Below, in pieces: positions 1 through 14,038 of a stretch of 64,000 nt of DNA (its first letter is position 1; every line of letters starts with the position of its first letter). Under the pieces are notes generated by a model. It made no database searches. It was not told the origin of the DNA and saw only the letters and a list, made by a program, of their open reading frames with translations. The position numbers and the translations under genes are program-made. Source of the stretch: Selaginella moellendorffii (Eukaryota > Plantae > Lycopodiophyta); contig NW_003314279.1 of assembly GCF_000143415.4 (NCBI RefSeq), forward strand, positions 336,734 to 400,733, in the 5' to 3' direction.

Positions 1-1271
1 ACGACGACGGTTAGTCCTGTCTATTTAGAAGTGTATGTAGCGCCGACATTTTTAATACAGGGAATGCGGCATGGATCATATGATAAGCTCGATGATGATG
101 GCATCGCACCGCCCGGAACGAGGGTGTCTGGGGAGGATGTGATTATTGGGAAGACCACACCGCTGGTCCAAGACGAAACTGGGACTCAAGCTCAACGGTA
201 TTCAAAGAGGGATCAGAGTACGTGTCTACGCCATAGTGAAAGTGGAATGATCGATCAGGTACCGTAGTGTGGTTTTAAATCTAATCATCTTGAAACCTGT
301 AGGTGTTACTTACGACCAATGCGGATGGTTTGCGTTTTGTCAAGACAAGGGTGCGATCCATACGCATCCCTCAAATTGGTGACAAGTTTAGTAGCAGACA
401 CGGGCAGAAGGGTACTATTGGAATGACGTACACGCAAGAAGACATGCCCTTCACACAAGAAGGCATAACACCGGATATCATCGTGAATCCGCATGCTATT
501 CCATCCCGCATGACCATTGGCCAGCTGATCGAGTGTATCATGGGTAAAGTTGCAGCGCTCATGGGAAAAGAAGGTGATGCGACGCCATTCACTGATGTCA
601 CGGTAAGCCTTTTTCATGTAGCTTCTACAGGACTCTTTACGGTTTTCTATCTTGCTTGTAGGTGGATAACATCAGCAAAGCACTCCACAAGTGTAACTAT
701 CAGTTAAGAGGCTTCGAGACAATGTACAACGGACACACCGGTCGCAGACTGAGTGCCATGATTTTCATCGGGCCAACATACTACCAGCGGTTGAAGCATA
801 TGGTCGACGACAAGATTCACTCCCGTGGGCGTGGTCCTGTTCAAATACTTACGCGCCAGCCCGCAGAAGGTCGATCAAGGGACGGAGGCCTTCGTTTTGG
901 TGAAATGGAGCGGGACTGCATGATCGCACACGGAGCAGCGCATTTTCTCAAGGAGCGCCTGTTTGATCAGAGCGACGCGTATCGCGTCCACGTTTGCGAG
1001 CATTGCGGTCTGATTGCGATCGCGAACCTGAAGAAGAATACGTTCGAGTGCCGGAGCTGCAAAAACAAGACGGAGATTGTTCAGGTTTGCTTTCTCGTAT
1101 TTTCTCTCAAGGCATCATTCTCAACTACATCTTTCTTTTTCCTTCTTTGTGCAGGTTCATATACCATACGCTTGCAAGCTTTTGTTCCAAGAGCTAATGG
1201 CTATGGCTATAGCGCCTCGAATGTTCATGAAGGAGGTTAAGAAGCTCAAAGGACACGTAAAGAAGGTTTAA
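1..1271 (+). CDS. NRPB2: RNA polymerase II second-largest subunit, 3' part (exons ..9, 61-258, 303-602, 662-1084, 1155-1271)
   Basis: Motifs [40 protein letters not shown] and [11 protein letters not shown], ending [12 protein letters not shown]; GT-AG introns join the exons in frame. Confidence 0.97.
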
Positions 1272-1445
1272 GGTACCCTTCCTGATTTTCATCTCAGTCC
1301 AAGTTCGTGCTCACGGTTAACGAGGCAGGAAACTCACACACTAGTTGTAACTCTTTTTGTATATCAAATGAAGACACTCTTACACTCTTAAAAACTTCTT
1401 TCGTTCTAAAATCTTTTCATAGGGTTTCTAAAGCTCTGCGTGGCC

Positions 1446-3658
1446 ATGGCGTTGTTGCCTGCCGCTTCCAGGTACGTGGTTAGCTCGTTCTATTCTCTCT
1501 CTCGTTGTCATTCTTTTGTCTGGTTTTCACTGCAGCGGGGTCTTCTTCTGGGAACATCAACCAGCACTGTTGAGAAGATTTAGCTGCATTGTATGCTGCT
1601 CTAAGACAGTCAAAGGTAACTCATTGTTCTTCGCATTCTTTGATCCATTGCCTCCTGCCAACAGGTGACTTGAAAACGTTTCCAACGGATGTACGAGCAC
1701 CAGCTTCACTTGAGAGCCGCGAAAGCCAGCATGCGACACTTCCTTGTGCTGAAACTATCGCAGCCATTGTCACTCCACTCTGTGGCAAGCAAGGAGCGGT
1801 GGCGATTGTCAGGATGTCTGGGCCATCTGCGGTTTCGGTGGCTCAAGCCATATTTCGTCCGTTGAGGAAGAAGAAGTGGATTCCTCAGAGCCACAAAGTG
1901 GTCTACGGTACGATCATTGAATATCCAAAGGAGACTATTATAGATGAGGTGAGCTCCAAACCATTTTTCTTTCTTTCCATTTTTCATTTGTATCTCCAGG
2001 TTATTATCGTTCCAATGCTGGCGCCGCGATCATATACGAGGGAAGATGTTGTAGAGATTCAGTGTCACGGTGGCGACGTTTGTGTTCGTAGAATCCTCGA
2101 CCTTTGTCTTCAACACGGTGCAAGGCTCGCACAGCCAGGTTCGTTCGACTTGAAGCAAAAAACAGCGATTAACTGATTGTTCCGCTCAGGAGAATTCACT
2201 TTGCGCGCATTTCTCAATGGCCGGATCGACCTATCGCAGGCAGAGAATGTGGCGCAGCTGGTGTCTGCGAAGACCGCCTCGGCAGCAGAAACAGCGCTTG
2301 CTGGACTCCAGGCACGCAAAATATTTGTGACAATCGTGAAAAAGCTCTCCTTTCTGGTTTGAACTCGCAGGGAGGCCTGTCCAACTTTGTCCGCTCCATG
2401 CGCTCCCAGTGCATCGAGCTTCTGGCAGAGATCGACGCTCACGTCGACTTTGAGGACGAGCTCGCACCTCTCGACGTGGACAAAATCATGGAAGCCGTGG
2501 GAAGTGTCTCGGCGCAAGTGGAGCAAGCGCTGGAAACTGCCGCTCGGGGCCGTTTGCTCCAGTCAGGAATCCAGGTAACTCAAAAAGCTAGAAAGTTTCC
2601 CAACTTGGAAGTTTACATTTGGAAGCATTCGTACAGGTTGCAATCGTGGGACGTCCAAACGTGGGGAAGTCGAGCCTGTTGAACGGATGGAGCCAAGTAG
2701 GTACGTTGCGCTTTCGCTGTCATCAGTACCACGGAGCTAACCAGGGAGAGATTTTTCTTTCCTTTTCTCGCTAGAGCGAGAGAGCAATAGTGACCGACGT
2801 GGCTGGCACTACTCGCGATATTGTGGAGGCTGATGTTGTCGTGAGCGGTGTGCCGGTGAGGCTCTTGGACACTGCTGGGATCCGAATCACCGAGGACCCT
2901 GTGGAAAGCATCGGTGAGTACGATATCGCCATCTTACACTTAAGGAAACTTTGAGCAGGGGTACAACGGTCCCAGGCAGCTGCAACGGGTGCCGACGTCC
3001 TGGTCATGGTAATCAACGCTTGCGACGGGTGGACCACTGGGGACAAGCTCATCTTTGATCATACTCTACAACAGGTTTTTTTTTTTCTTCGTCTCAACCC
3101 ATTTCTTAATTCAATCAGTCCGGAACTTCCTTCTTTTCAGGCTCTTCGCGAGAAGCCTTGGATCCTGGTGATGAACAAGATTGATCAGGTGTGTGGAGGA
3201 GACGTAACCATACCGGAAGACGTGAGAGCAGCGTTCTCGGCCGTGGTCTCCACGTGTGCCGTCAAAGAGGCGCTCGACATCGACAAGCTAGACACGGCTC
3301 TAGCCGCCTTGATTGCTGCCGGGGGTGACGTCTTCTCGGCTGGCCAGCAACACTGGGCAGTAAACGAGGTAAGTTTGCGTAACAGACGTTTAGAGAGAGT
3401 GCAAGAGATTTAAAAGCTTTCAGGTACCTTTTTTTCTTACTGTGCGCTTTCTTCGTTCTCCAGAGGCAGAAGGAGCAGCTAATCCGAGCGAAACAGGCGC
3501 TGGAGCGGCTGAGGCAGTCAGCTCACGAGGAGCTGCCAGTGGACTTGTGGACCGTAGATCTGCGCGACACCATCCTGGCCCTGGGACAGATCAGCGGCGA
3601 CGATGTGTCTGAGGAGGTTCTGGCGAATATTTTCAGTCGCTTTTGCATCGGGAAATGA
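1446..3658 (+). CDS. mnmE: tRNA modification GTPase MnmE/TrmE (organellar), multi-exon
   Basis: [64 protein letters not shown] (G1), GTTRD, DTAG, NKID and C-terminal IFSRFCIGK*. Confidence 0.95.
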
Positions 3659-3899
3659 ATGCAGGGGATGAGGATCACAGGAACTTACAGGAAGAAATCA
3701 AAGAGAGGAAGAACAGAAAAGGAAGAAGAAGAAGAAGAGTGTACGGCAGAGCGAGCACCACAAATGCAGGAGCCTCACGTGAAAGTTAGGAATGTGGTCA
3801 GATCTTATGCAGACTTCCTTCAAATATGGAAAGCATCTCTGCGATCGGCCTCTCTTTTTGCTTCTTTTATTTAAGAAAGGAACGTTTTTTTATCGGGTG

Positions 3900-6800
3900 A
3901 TGGCTTGCTTCCCTGTGAGAACAAGGAGCACGACTACCTCATTCTCTGGACTGGTTCCCGTGTGACACGAACGGGTGACAAAGGTGGCGAACTACAACAC
4001 AGCAGTGGGAGAAAGAATTTATGTGCGTTTGATCTTTCGAATCACTGAGCAAGCAAGGGATGCAAGAAAGGGTCAGACATTGCTTTGAAAGAGGCAGCGG
4101 GTGGGAAGGAGGTCTCCTTCAATCTCTTCAATTTCATCTTTCAAAGGGGGGCCATGCACAGGACAAGGGGACACATGAATGTCCAAGAGATATATCAAAG
4201 AGTTGGCGGGGGCAAGGAGAAAGAAAGAAAGACAAGAGCTTTTCGGAAGTGATGCGCTCAACCTGGCTGGACTATGCAAGAAGATCAGAAGGGGAGCTTT
4301 TGCTGCGTTGGGATTGTTAAATGCACCTCTGGGAAATGAAGGCGTGGAAGCCAGGACAGGCGGTTGTGCGTAAAAACAAGAGAGAAAGTGCAAACGAGAA
4401 AGAAGAGCACTGACCTGTTTTGTTTTGAGTTGAGCAGATTGATCAGGCTGATGTCTCCGGAGATATAGAGATCCAAGCCATTCATCACCATGGTGGCGAC
4501 GAGTTCACGGGTTTCTCCGCTCGCCACCTTTTAAAGCGGCCTGCAAGAAGAAACGAAATCGCCATGAGTTACTTACGACATAAATTCCCCTCCAGGCCTG
4601 GGGGGAAATAACGGACAAGAAATGGCTAACATTTACGAAACTAGTTCCTCCCCGCAACAGGACGAGCAACGACGCCAAGCTATTTACGAGCACGGATACG
4701 CCAAAGATACATATTTACGCTCATGATCATCACTCGAGCCACATGAAAAAGAATGTGTGTTGTACCCGCGAGCTTGGCTTGCAAGATATACAATAAGAAA
4801 CACTCCAAACCAAATGCAAGGGAAAAGAAGAAGGATTCAGCAAGATGAAAAGGAATTCATTTCAAGTTGCCAGCAGCAGCCCAAGGCCACAGATCCATAT
4901 GCATTCAATGGAGGAGCCAGAAGGGAAATTTATGCTCTTAAAGGCACAGGCCGTCGGGAGAGAGCTTCATGATTTGACTCCAAGCGGCCGGACACAGAGC
5001 CACAACAGCACCACCATTTAAAACACTAGAGCTCCAAGCGATCCCTCGCTTCCTGAATCCTCCTCACTCTCCCACTGACCTTCACATTGGAGCATTTATG
5101 TTGTAACATACCACGCCCCACCTTCTGGCGCGGCCGAGGCATGGCCAGCGAGCAACAGTCCTCCTGCACAGTGGGGACGGACAAGCGGAGGGGGAGTTAA
5201 AACAAAGTTCCAGAAGTTAAGGATCACTCACTGCTAACAACGAAAGGAAACAAAAAAAGCACCTGATCCTAGCTCATGAGCCATGAACTTGTAGATGCTC
5301 TGTGGAATCCACAGAAGCCTCTCCTTCCACCTCCTAGAAACAACGACGTGAGGATTTGGCCACGGGTCAGTAAATGGCGCAAAGGAGAAAGGTCCAAAAA
5401 ATAAAAAAAACAAAACTTGTACCTGAGAGGCTCCACTTTCCTTCTGAAAGATACTTTCTCCACTGCTGTTTAGGCTACAGAGCACACCTATTAGCTGCAA
5501 CGTTACCGTCCAAAAACCTGCAAAGAACAGGAAAAAAAGAGAAACACCTCGCTTTCGCGAGACAGACTAATCAACCAAACATACGGAAGCATCCTACACA
5601 TCCAAACGACATCAGCATCTGAACTGGGTGAGCTTACACGCATCTCAGCGCACCAGAGCGGCTTCTCGACTTATTGCGGATCGGCATCAGGTAAATTCCC
5701 TTCTTAAGCTTCCTTTCTGGTTATTAGCAGTTAACCATCAGCATCCGTCTTCCTCTCCTCGTGGAAGCTGTGTCTGCGCCTGTGTATCACAAAGTTTACA
5801 CTTTTCAATGCTGTATATAAATACATTAGACAACCTTTACCTTAGCAGCCAAAGCTTGGCTGACGCAAGAAACTGTGACAGGATGAGGCAATGCGCTCCA
5901 TGTGCGATCCACCACCTTAAGAACATCGCCATCCGTGGATTCATTGGGATCGGTCACCCTTACCGACTTGCTGTGCTTAATTATCCTGGAAACTCATCCC
6001 GTTCACAGCTACTGGATACAGGCTCAACTTAAAGGAAAGGAGCACGAAAAGCTTACCAAATTAAACGTTGGCCGGATGGAATCTTTTATACCTCCTCCGT
6101 TTGTTCGTCCCTTCGTCCCAAGACCATTTAGTTATGCTATGTCTTGCCTGCACACCCAAACGCACAACATGTGAGATTGAATAATACCTACAAGTACGAA
6201 AGTAAAGAGAATTACCTGGTTTCCAAGCAGGATTGACGAAAGTGCAATGCAATCTATGTACGCTTTGGAAAGCCAAAGGAGAAAGTGAGATTATAATAAA
6301 AGTGTGTGTAATGTAAACACCGCACCTTGAAATAATCTATCTCCAAAGCCGTCTTTCGGCTTTGTATATGCGCAACGGCAGTTTCCCTCTCCGATACACG
6401 CGCTTAAAAGCCTCTCAGCTCAGATATCCGCCCTGCACAAGCACAACAGACGCGCACGGTTCAGTGGTTTGTCACGAACGAATGAAGAGAAACAAAAGCA
6501 ATTTAAGAAAACGAAACGAGAGGGAGAGAGGAACGCAACAAACCACAAGCAGCTGACAAGAGCATTCACCACCGGCGAAGCAAAGTGGAGCCAGATATGT
6601 GAAGCTGCCAAAAACCAAACACCGTGGACATATGCCCAACATTAGGAACACAACAAATGCCCAACAACACGGAGCGCGAGAAAAGCGAGTCCAGACAAAC
6701 ACAAAGAGACCCTCCAGAAGAAGCTCGATCATATACCTGGTGTGTCCACGGAATTAAAGAGCTTAGATATAGAAAGAAAGAAGAGTGAAGAAGAACATTA

Positions 6801-7050
6801 AACAAAAAAGAAAGAAAGAAAGCATCATACATACACTGGGATCCAGATCACACCGAGTTCTCCTCTCACACACAGCGCGCGAGCGCTGTTCTTGAGGAGC
6901 GAACTCTCCCAGCTCTCTTGCTCGCGAATAGATAGCTACCTCTCTCTCTCTCTTTCTTTCTCCCTCGTCCAAAGCCCCTGAAAGCACACCAGGGAAGCCC
7001 ATCAGATCACCACGGAGCTCGATGGTTCTATATGTATATTCCTGTGTTGT
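3900..7050 (-). ncRNA. Candidate multi-exon spliced transcript without a long ORF (lncRNA or very long leader)
   Basis: Repeated minus-strand T-rich tracts ending in YAG, each followed by a short exon ending in a GT donor (e.g. 6604-6570, 6147-6057, 5915-5841, 4540-4415). No coherent reading frame was found. Ends are approximate. Confidence 0.35.
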
Positions 7051-7216
7051 TCTTCGTGTTGTAGCTATGTACCCGGTCTCTCTGCGTTGAGAATTCCCCC
7101 GCGTCGTGGCTTCTCGAGTCGCAGCTTGGAACTTGAAAAAACTGCTGCAACGGGTATTCACAAGCTGTCCATGCGCGGGTTTTTCCATGATCGCAGCCGC
7201 TTTCTTTGCCTTCTGC

Positions 7217-8078
7217 TCATGCTGCATGATCTCCTTGATCTTGGACCTTCACCCATTCGAATCTTCCTGGCAAAGGACGCTCGTTGGCAACATCAAAGTT
7301 GTATCTGCGAGAAAGAAGAGAAAAGACGCATGGAATGAGATCCTTGAGCACAAAGACCCCTCGAGTCTTGTCTACCTCTCCGTGAATCGCTTGTGCTGCA
7401 CCTTGTCCATCTGGCCTTCGAGCTCCCCGAGAAACGCGTCCACTTCGTCGGCGCTAGGAGCCGGCAATCTCTCCGGCTTTGTGCTCGCCAGCGTTGGCTT
7501 CGTGTAGACTGTCCGACTGGCTCTTCCCGTGACGCGTTTGGAGGCCTTGAGGAGGTTCCTGGGACCGTAGCGCCCGCCATAGCGACTGTGATGGAAGAAA
7601 AGAAACGAAACAAAAGCTCATGAATTTCTGTGAATTCTCGTCTTTGCAAGCGCAGATGTGTACCTCGAGCCCTCCTCCTTTTTCAACTTCAAACTGCTGA
7701 TGTGCTCGCGTTCTTCCGGTTGGAAGCGCTTCCTCTCCTGTTCCCAAAACGAAAAAAGAAAGCAAAGCCTCGTTAGTCCGGGATCACGAGAACGAAGGAC
7801 ACAATTCCCAACAAGAATATCTCAGATCTACAAGGCGGTGGAGCAAAGTCACGAATCACGACCTCTTGCGGCTCGTCCGTGGTGTCAACGCTGAGCGTGG
7901 AGTGCGACGACGACGAGCTACACCCGGAAATCGATGTAAAGCCCGCCTTTTCGACGAATTCCTCCTCCCGGCGGGATATTTCGGAGAGATCATCCGGCGC
8001 CGCATGGAATTCCAGGGCATCGATGACAGAATCGAAATCGGCCGGGATATGCATTGGATCGGCGCCAGGGACCTGCAT
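7217..8078 (-). CDS. KRP: Cyclin-dependent kinase inhibitor (ICK/KRP, Kip-related)
   Basis: The spliced C-terminus reads PSADEVDAFLGELEGQMDKVQHKRFTER|YNFDVANERPLPGRFEWVKV, the conserved KRP CDK/cyclin-binding domain. ATG at 8078, TGA at 7219-7217. This domain is not shown in the ORF track. Confidence 0.88.
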
Positions 8079-10327
8079 TCTTACGGTATAGCGGACGGAG
8101 GATCGAGATCAAGGAGAGAAGAGGGAGGGGAGAGAAGAAATATTTCGCTGGCGCTCCTCGATATAACTGAAGCCAAGAACAGAGTGATCGATCCAACTAG
8201 AACAAAGGAAAGAAGGATGCCGCACGCTCTCTCTATTCCCACATGCGCGCACTGCTACGGCGCCCTTACACCGCCCAGCGCCCAGCGCCAGTAGCTCCTG
8301 TCGAGATGCCAAAGCTATTACGCTCTAAATAAGAACCCTAAATTTCTCTTGAGGAGCCCGCCCGGAAAAACAAAGAAACGCCCTAAAAATAAAATGACGT
8401 CTTTAATGGTTGACCAAAAGCAAGACCCCCCCCCGCGCCCTAACGAACTCAAACGGACGGCCCACGCTCGCCCCGCGGGGGCAACGTGGGACAAGCCACG
8501 CCCTTGGATGGGCCCAGGATATCCGTCTAGCCGGCAGGACAGGGACAGCACACATCATCAGTGACACGTCAGCGGCGCTCCCGCCAAAACGACACAGGCG
8601 GGAAGCGGGGAAGGGGGGAGGGCCCGTCCATGGCGTTAAGCAGGTGGGAGTTAATTTTGATAAGATCCAGGCGTTTTGGGCCATAGCCTGGAAGCTAACT
8701 TGTAGTTAAAAAAGTGATTGTAATAGCAAGGCTAGGCTGACTGACGGAGTGAGGAGATCGCCGTGAGATTGCCCAATGATGCATGGAGACGGCGCGTGAC
8801 GGAGAATGCCGGGGATTGGGTGGCGGCATTGCACGTAAGTGGCATCGGAGTTATGGCCACGCCCGTCCGTGCGGCCCAAATTGACAATAATGGCCACCAC
8901 GGGGTGGTGAGCTCATCTATCTGGAGTGACAAGACCAAGCAACAGAAATTTAGGGATTGTTTGGTTTTGGTTGTAGTAGCAGTGTGTGGAAGGAAGGAAA
9001 GGATAGAAAAATCATAAGGTGGAAGGAAGGAAAGCCCTTTAGAGGCATGATGTTTGCGTGTAAAATGGGGCGGTGTGCCCAATTGCCCAAATGCCCGCTA
9101 CTATTGCTGCTCGGCCGGAGTTGGCCAAATGATAGTCGCTGCTTCGACAAGTCTGGCACCTCAAGGGTTTAGATCTCCCTGGAGCCACAATTGAGTGTCA
9201 CAAGTGGAATGCATCATACATTCTTGGCACTGGAGAGGTAGAGCAAAGAAGAAGAAGAAAATTTTAAAAATCAAAAATCAAAACCCCATTGGAAGCAAGA
9301 AACAGAGAAATAATAACTTCCAAATTTCCAAAAGAGAAACCACCCAAAACTAATTGAATCATGCCCAGCGTGACAATCTCGCCTCGGTGGCTGGCATGAT
9401 GGATGCTTCCAAGGCGGCATCGCGTGGAATATCCGCGGACCGACTAATAGTACGCTACACAATCAAGAGGTGGTCCCTTGTTTAGATTATCTCTAGGGCA
9501 ACATCACAAAGATCTGCTGCCCTGTCCTGGCTCGAAACCCCGCGAAGAACGCTTGGGCAAACAACACTAGTACCATGCGAGTCGTTAAAAGGGTGCTAAA
9601 GGTGGTACCACCTTTTCATATACCCCACCACCATGCAAAAGTTTTGTTTGCATATATAAATGTCCCGCCACCTTTTTCCAGTATATGATATTTTTGCCTG
9701 GGCCTTTGAATGTGGTGTCAGGCGTGAGGGTTTCTCATCGTTGAGCTATATGTACGGAGTGGACGAGTAAAGCTGGTTAGCCTCGCTTTTTGACCCGCTG
9801 CCATCTTCACTTTTTACCACCGGCAATCGGTTGATTTGTTTCGTGAAACTGTTATATACCGTCAAACGTTCGTCGGTCAACGTTCAACGCGCTTACAACA
9901 CCTCGTCAACGCTGATTTTTTCTTCTTGTTTTGAAAGTTCGCCGCGCAGATCTATCTGTAGAACATGATGCCTGGGGATCGCGAATTAACAGCCTAGATG
10001 AGAGAAACTATAATTTTTTCCTTGCTTGGCGATTGAACAGTCGGACACCCGATCTCAATAAGCCTGAGAGACTGAGCAGAGCAGACCAATTAAAAATAAA
10101 ATCTCTAAAGAAGAGGAAGAAGCAAAGATTACATTTTGCTGCCACCACTAAGAATCAAGGCTGCAGCGCTCACCTACAGCTTTAATGTTTGCGAGCAATA
10201 CAGTATTGCCTGGAAATCTCTGTATGAAAAAACCGGAGATCATAAATAATGAAGGGAGAAGAAGCAGCAGACTGAAAGAAGAAAAAGATAGAACTCCAGA
10301 AAGGAAAGAAAAAACTCTGGCAAATCT

Positions 10328-11721
10328 TCAGGGTGGCCTACACTGCGCTTGGAAAACTGGCAGCATGAGTTTTCTAACTGCTGTGTTGATGGCGATGGCG
10401 AGCGCGTCGGACTTTGAGCCGCCAACGTCCACCACCTTGTTCTCTTTGTCGTCGGCCTCGTCGCTTAGAAACGTATGATCGTCCACCGTGTCAAAGTAAT
10501 CCGGGCCTAGAAAGCTCGGCGACTTTGGAGGAGGGAGCCTCCGCTCGCCGGGAGGCTGCGGACAGCACCCCCGACCACACTGCGTCGGCACCTCGGGTCC
10601 GGTAAGTCCCCACAACGGGCTGGCAAAACGCGAAATGTTGTAAGAAGGTCCTCCTCCACCGTGAGGAAACTCGCCTCTGGTAAAGTTTGCGTTGGAGCTC
10701 GAGTTGAATCCAGTCGGATCCACCGCTTTGTAGCAGCTGAAGGCGCTGGCGGAGCGAGGAACCGGCTTCAAGACCGATGGGGGCCCCTGGAACGCCGCAG
10801 CAACTCCGGTTTGCGTGCTTTCCAGACTTTCCATAGCCGAGGAGGTGGCAGCATTGGCGCTGGAAGTGATCCCTCCTCCTCCTCCTCTCTCTCGCGACTC
10901 GGAGTTCACCACCTTGTAAACGATCGGTTTCTTCACTGCTGCTGCGGGAGATGGCGGCGGAGGTGGCGGCGCTGGAGCCACCGACACCGACGATCTCGCC
11001 GCTCGGTTTGCCGGAGTTACGTCCAGAGCCAGCGACGAGGCGGCGGTGGTGATCACCTTGCAGCTGGCTTTGATCTTGTCGAGCGCCGCGGCAGAATCAG
11101 CAGTGGTGAGTTTGGATGATCTCGCGTCGTAGATGCTGGTGGGACGCCGCCCCAGCTCCTCGAGCGCGTACTTTCGACGTAGAGTCGAGTTCCAGTGGTT
11201 TTTTATGGCGTTGTCCGTCCTCCCGGGCAGCATTCTGGCAATGGACGCCCACTTGTTGCCATGGATAGCGTGCGCCTTGACAATGGCGCGGTCCTCCTCC
11301 TCTACATTTAGCAGCGCGCCAGTTAGTTTAGCGGAGGGATACGCAAAGACTTTAGGGTTCTTGGGAGGGGGAGCAAGACAACGAACTACTCACCAGTGAA
11401 GGGTTTTCTCTTGACAACAGGATTGAGCTGATTGCACCAGCGCAGGCGGCACGATTTTCCCGACCGGCCCGGAATGCCGCGCGCGATGGAGCTCCAATTC
11501 CGCGCCCCAAATTTCTCCACCAGGCGGCTCAGCACCGCGTCCTCCTCGGGCGACCACGGCCCCTTGATCCTGTCCACGCTCGGAGCGGGATTCTGATCCA
11601 TTACCAGCTGGGATTGTGGGGCGGCCGCTGGGATGGGTGCTGCTGCGCCATCGCTGGGCGGCGCCTCCGCCATCGCCGCCGAGGAGGACAGGGCCTCCTC
11701 CATGGCCGCCGCCGACTCCAT
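10328..11721 (-). CDS. R2R3-MYB transcription factor (exons 11721-11394 and 11301-10328)
   Basis: [11 protein letters not shown]...[15 protein letters not shown]...PFTEEED...[27 protein letters not shown]; single intron 11393-11302. Confidence 0.95.
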
Positions 11722-11906
11722 TGCAACTAACTAACACCCTCTACAGTGACAAACCCCCATTTCAACCCAGCCGGACAACCGCATAACTAAAATTAGCGGT
11801 TCTTCTTCTTCCAGCTTAATCTGCGTTTAAATATAATTAGTCATAACTAGTGTCTAAATGATGCTTAGACTAGAACCCTAGAACCCCTAGAAACTAGTAT
11901 TTGGCC

Positions 11907-13882
11907 ATGAGCAATGGCTTGGGGTGTAATGCTGTGCTCTCGCATCCATTCTGTCCAGAGGTAATCGCGCCAGATTCGAGAGCGCTCGAGCATATCGATT
12001 CGATTTTGGCCAGGTTTGCGATGCCGTCGAGGAGCTATCGTCCCATTTCTCGCGAGTGGATTGCCTTGTGGCTTCCAACATGAGGCGCGTCCTCGGGGCC
12101 TATGCAAATGCGCGCATTGGGTCGCAAGTAAGTGGTTTGCTCGTTTTCTTTGCAAGGAGCTCACATAGATTTTGGTGGAGCGCGCAGCACTTCAGTGGCT
12201 CTACCGGCTATGGCCACAATGACGCTGGTGGCAGAGAGGCGTTTGATAAGGCTTTTGCCGAGATCTTCCGCGCTGAAGCAGCGATCGTGAGGCCACAGGT
12301 GCTTGATCTTTATAGCTTTCTTTTCGTTTCACTGCTTTCGAACTCTTTCAATGGGTGGGTGTGTGTGTGTTTTTCACAGTTTTTCTCAGGAACTCACGCG
12401 ATCGCTTCAGCTCTTTATGCTGTTCTCCGGCCGGGTGACGAGGTATCCAGCATTTATGTCTTTGTGTTCTTGTGTTTCTTCCTCGGCATTTAACTTTTCT
12501 CATCAGTTGTTGTCCGTGGCAGGAGCGCCTTATGATACACTCGAGGAAGTTATTGGCTTGCGAGGATCAAAAGGCCATGGATCGCTCAAAGAATTTGGGA
12601 TCAGCTACCGCGAAGTGCCAGTAAACTTTCTACTTCTTCCTAGATTTGTTTTTCCTTTTTCACAACCATGAAACATGAAAACTGTGTTCACAGGTTACTG
12701 CTAAAGGTTGTCTTGACAAAACTGCGTTGGCAACATCTGTAACAAAGAAGACACAATGTGCCTTCATCCAAAGATCCTGCGGCTACTCGTGGCGAGAGAC
12801 CTTGTCAATATCTGACATTCAAGCCGCAGTCACTCTCATCAAGGTAGCTCCAAGTTTGTAATTCCCGGCTTCCTAATTTTCATTCAACCAGGACCAAAAT
12901 CCAAACTGCGTGGTAATGGTTGACAACTGCTATGGAGAGTTCGTAGAGACCGTAGAGCCTACTGCCGTGGTATGGTTGTTTCTTACTACCTTTCGGAATG
13001 CCAGCGCTTCGTTTTCTTTTGTTCTAGGGAGCTGATATCGTCGCTGGAAGCTTGATAAAAAATCCCGGTGGCACAATCGCTCCTTGTGGAGGATACGTCG
13101 TTGGAAAGACCGAGCTTGTTGCAGCGGCTGCTGCTCGGCTCTCTGCTCCAGGCATTGGAATTGATGCCGGGTCGGCCTCTGGTGATATCATGCGTTTGCT
13201 GGTGCAAGGACTCTTCCTAGCACCTCAAATGGTCGGGGAAGCCATCAAGGTAGAAAACTCTCGTTTTTTCCGTTTTTTTTTTTCTCAGATATATGTACGT
13301 TCTTTTTGTGGCAGGGTACACTGCTTGTAGCTGAAGTTCTAGCTAAAGAAGGCTACAAAGTCAGGCCGTCACAACGTGCCAAACGCTACGACACGATACA
13401 GGTTGGTGGCTCTAGATTGATAATTTGTTTTTTTTTTTTTGTTCCGTTCGCTGATGGAAGTGATTTTCCAGGCTGTAGAACTGGGAAGCCGAGAGCGGCT
13501 ACTAGCATTTTGTGCCGCTGTTCAGCAATGTTGCCCGGTTGGAGCATATATTAAACCCACCGCTGGCGTGACCCCTGGCTATGAGTCCGAGGTAGCGTAA
13601 AGTTAAAAAGGGAGAGAATCCTTTGTTTGAAGCGCTTCATTCTACTTTCCAGGTTGTATTTGCTGATGGAACTTTCATAGATGGAAGCACGAGTGAGCTC
13701 TCCTGCGATGGTCCTTTGAGGGAGCCTTTCATCGTCTTTTGTCAGGTAATCTGTTTTACAGGTAGCGTTTTCTTCACGCATATCTAATGTTTTTCTATGC
13801 ATTTTTCTGGCAGGGTGGCACTCACTGGACTCACTGGGCTCTCACACTGGAGAAAGTTTTGCAAGCACTAAAAAAAGCTTGA
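11907..13882 (+). CDS. PLP-dependent methionine gamma-lyase-like / aluminium-resistance (YnbB-like) protein, multi-exon
   Basis: STGYGHND.GRE, QFFSGTHAI..AL..VLRPGDE, IQRSCGYSWR, VDNCYGEFVE, GSLIKNPGG, GTFIDGSTSELSCDGPLR and QGGTHW. Confidence 0.9.
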
Positions 13883-14038
13883 TCTGATCACAAGAAGCAC
13901 GCACCTTGCAAAAGAACACTCTGACAGCGAAATGGTTGCTCAACAAAGTATGTGATGTGAGTGTTTTTATTATTTTATTTCCACAGGCAAAAAAGAATGT
14001 CCTTTAAAGTCTCCTTTTTCGCTTCCTTTCTCGTTCGA

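Noticed and set aside
5026-5046. TAGAGCTCC resembling the miR159 complement
   Set aside because: Only about 9 nt match and no fold-back precursor.
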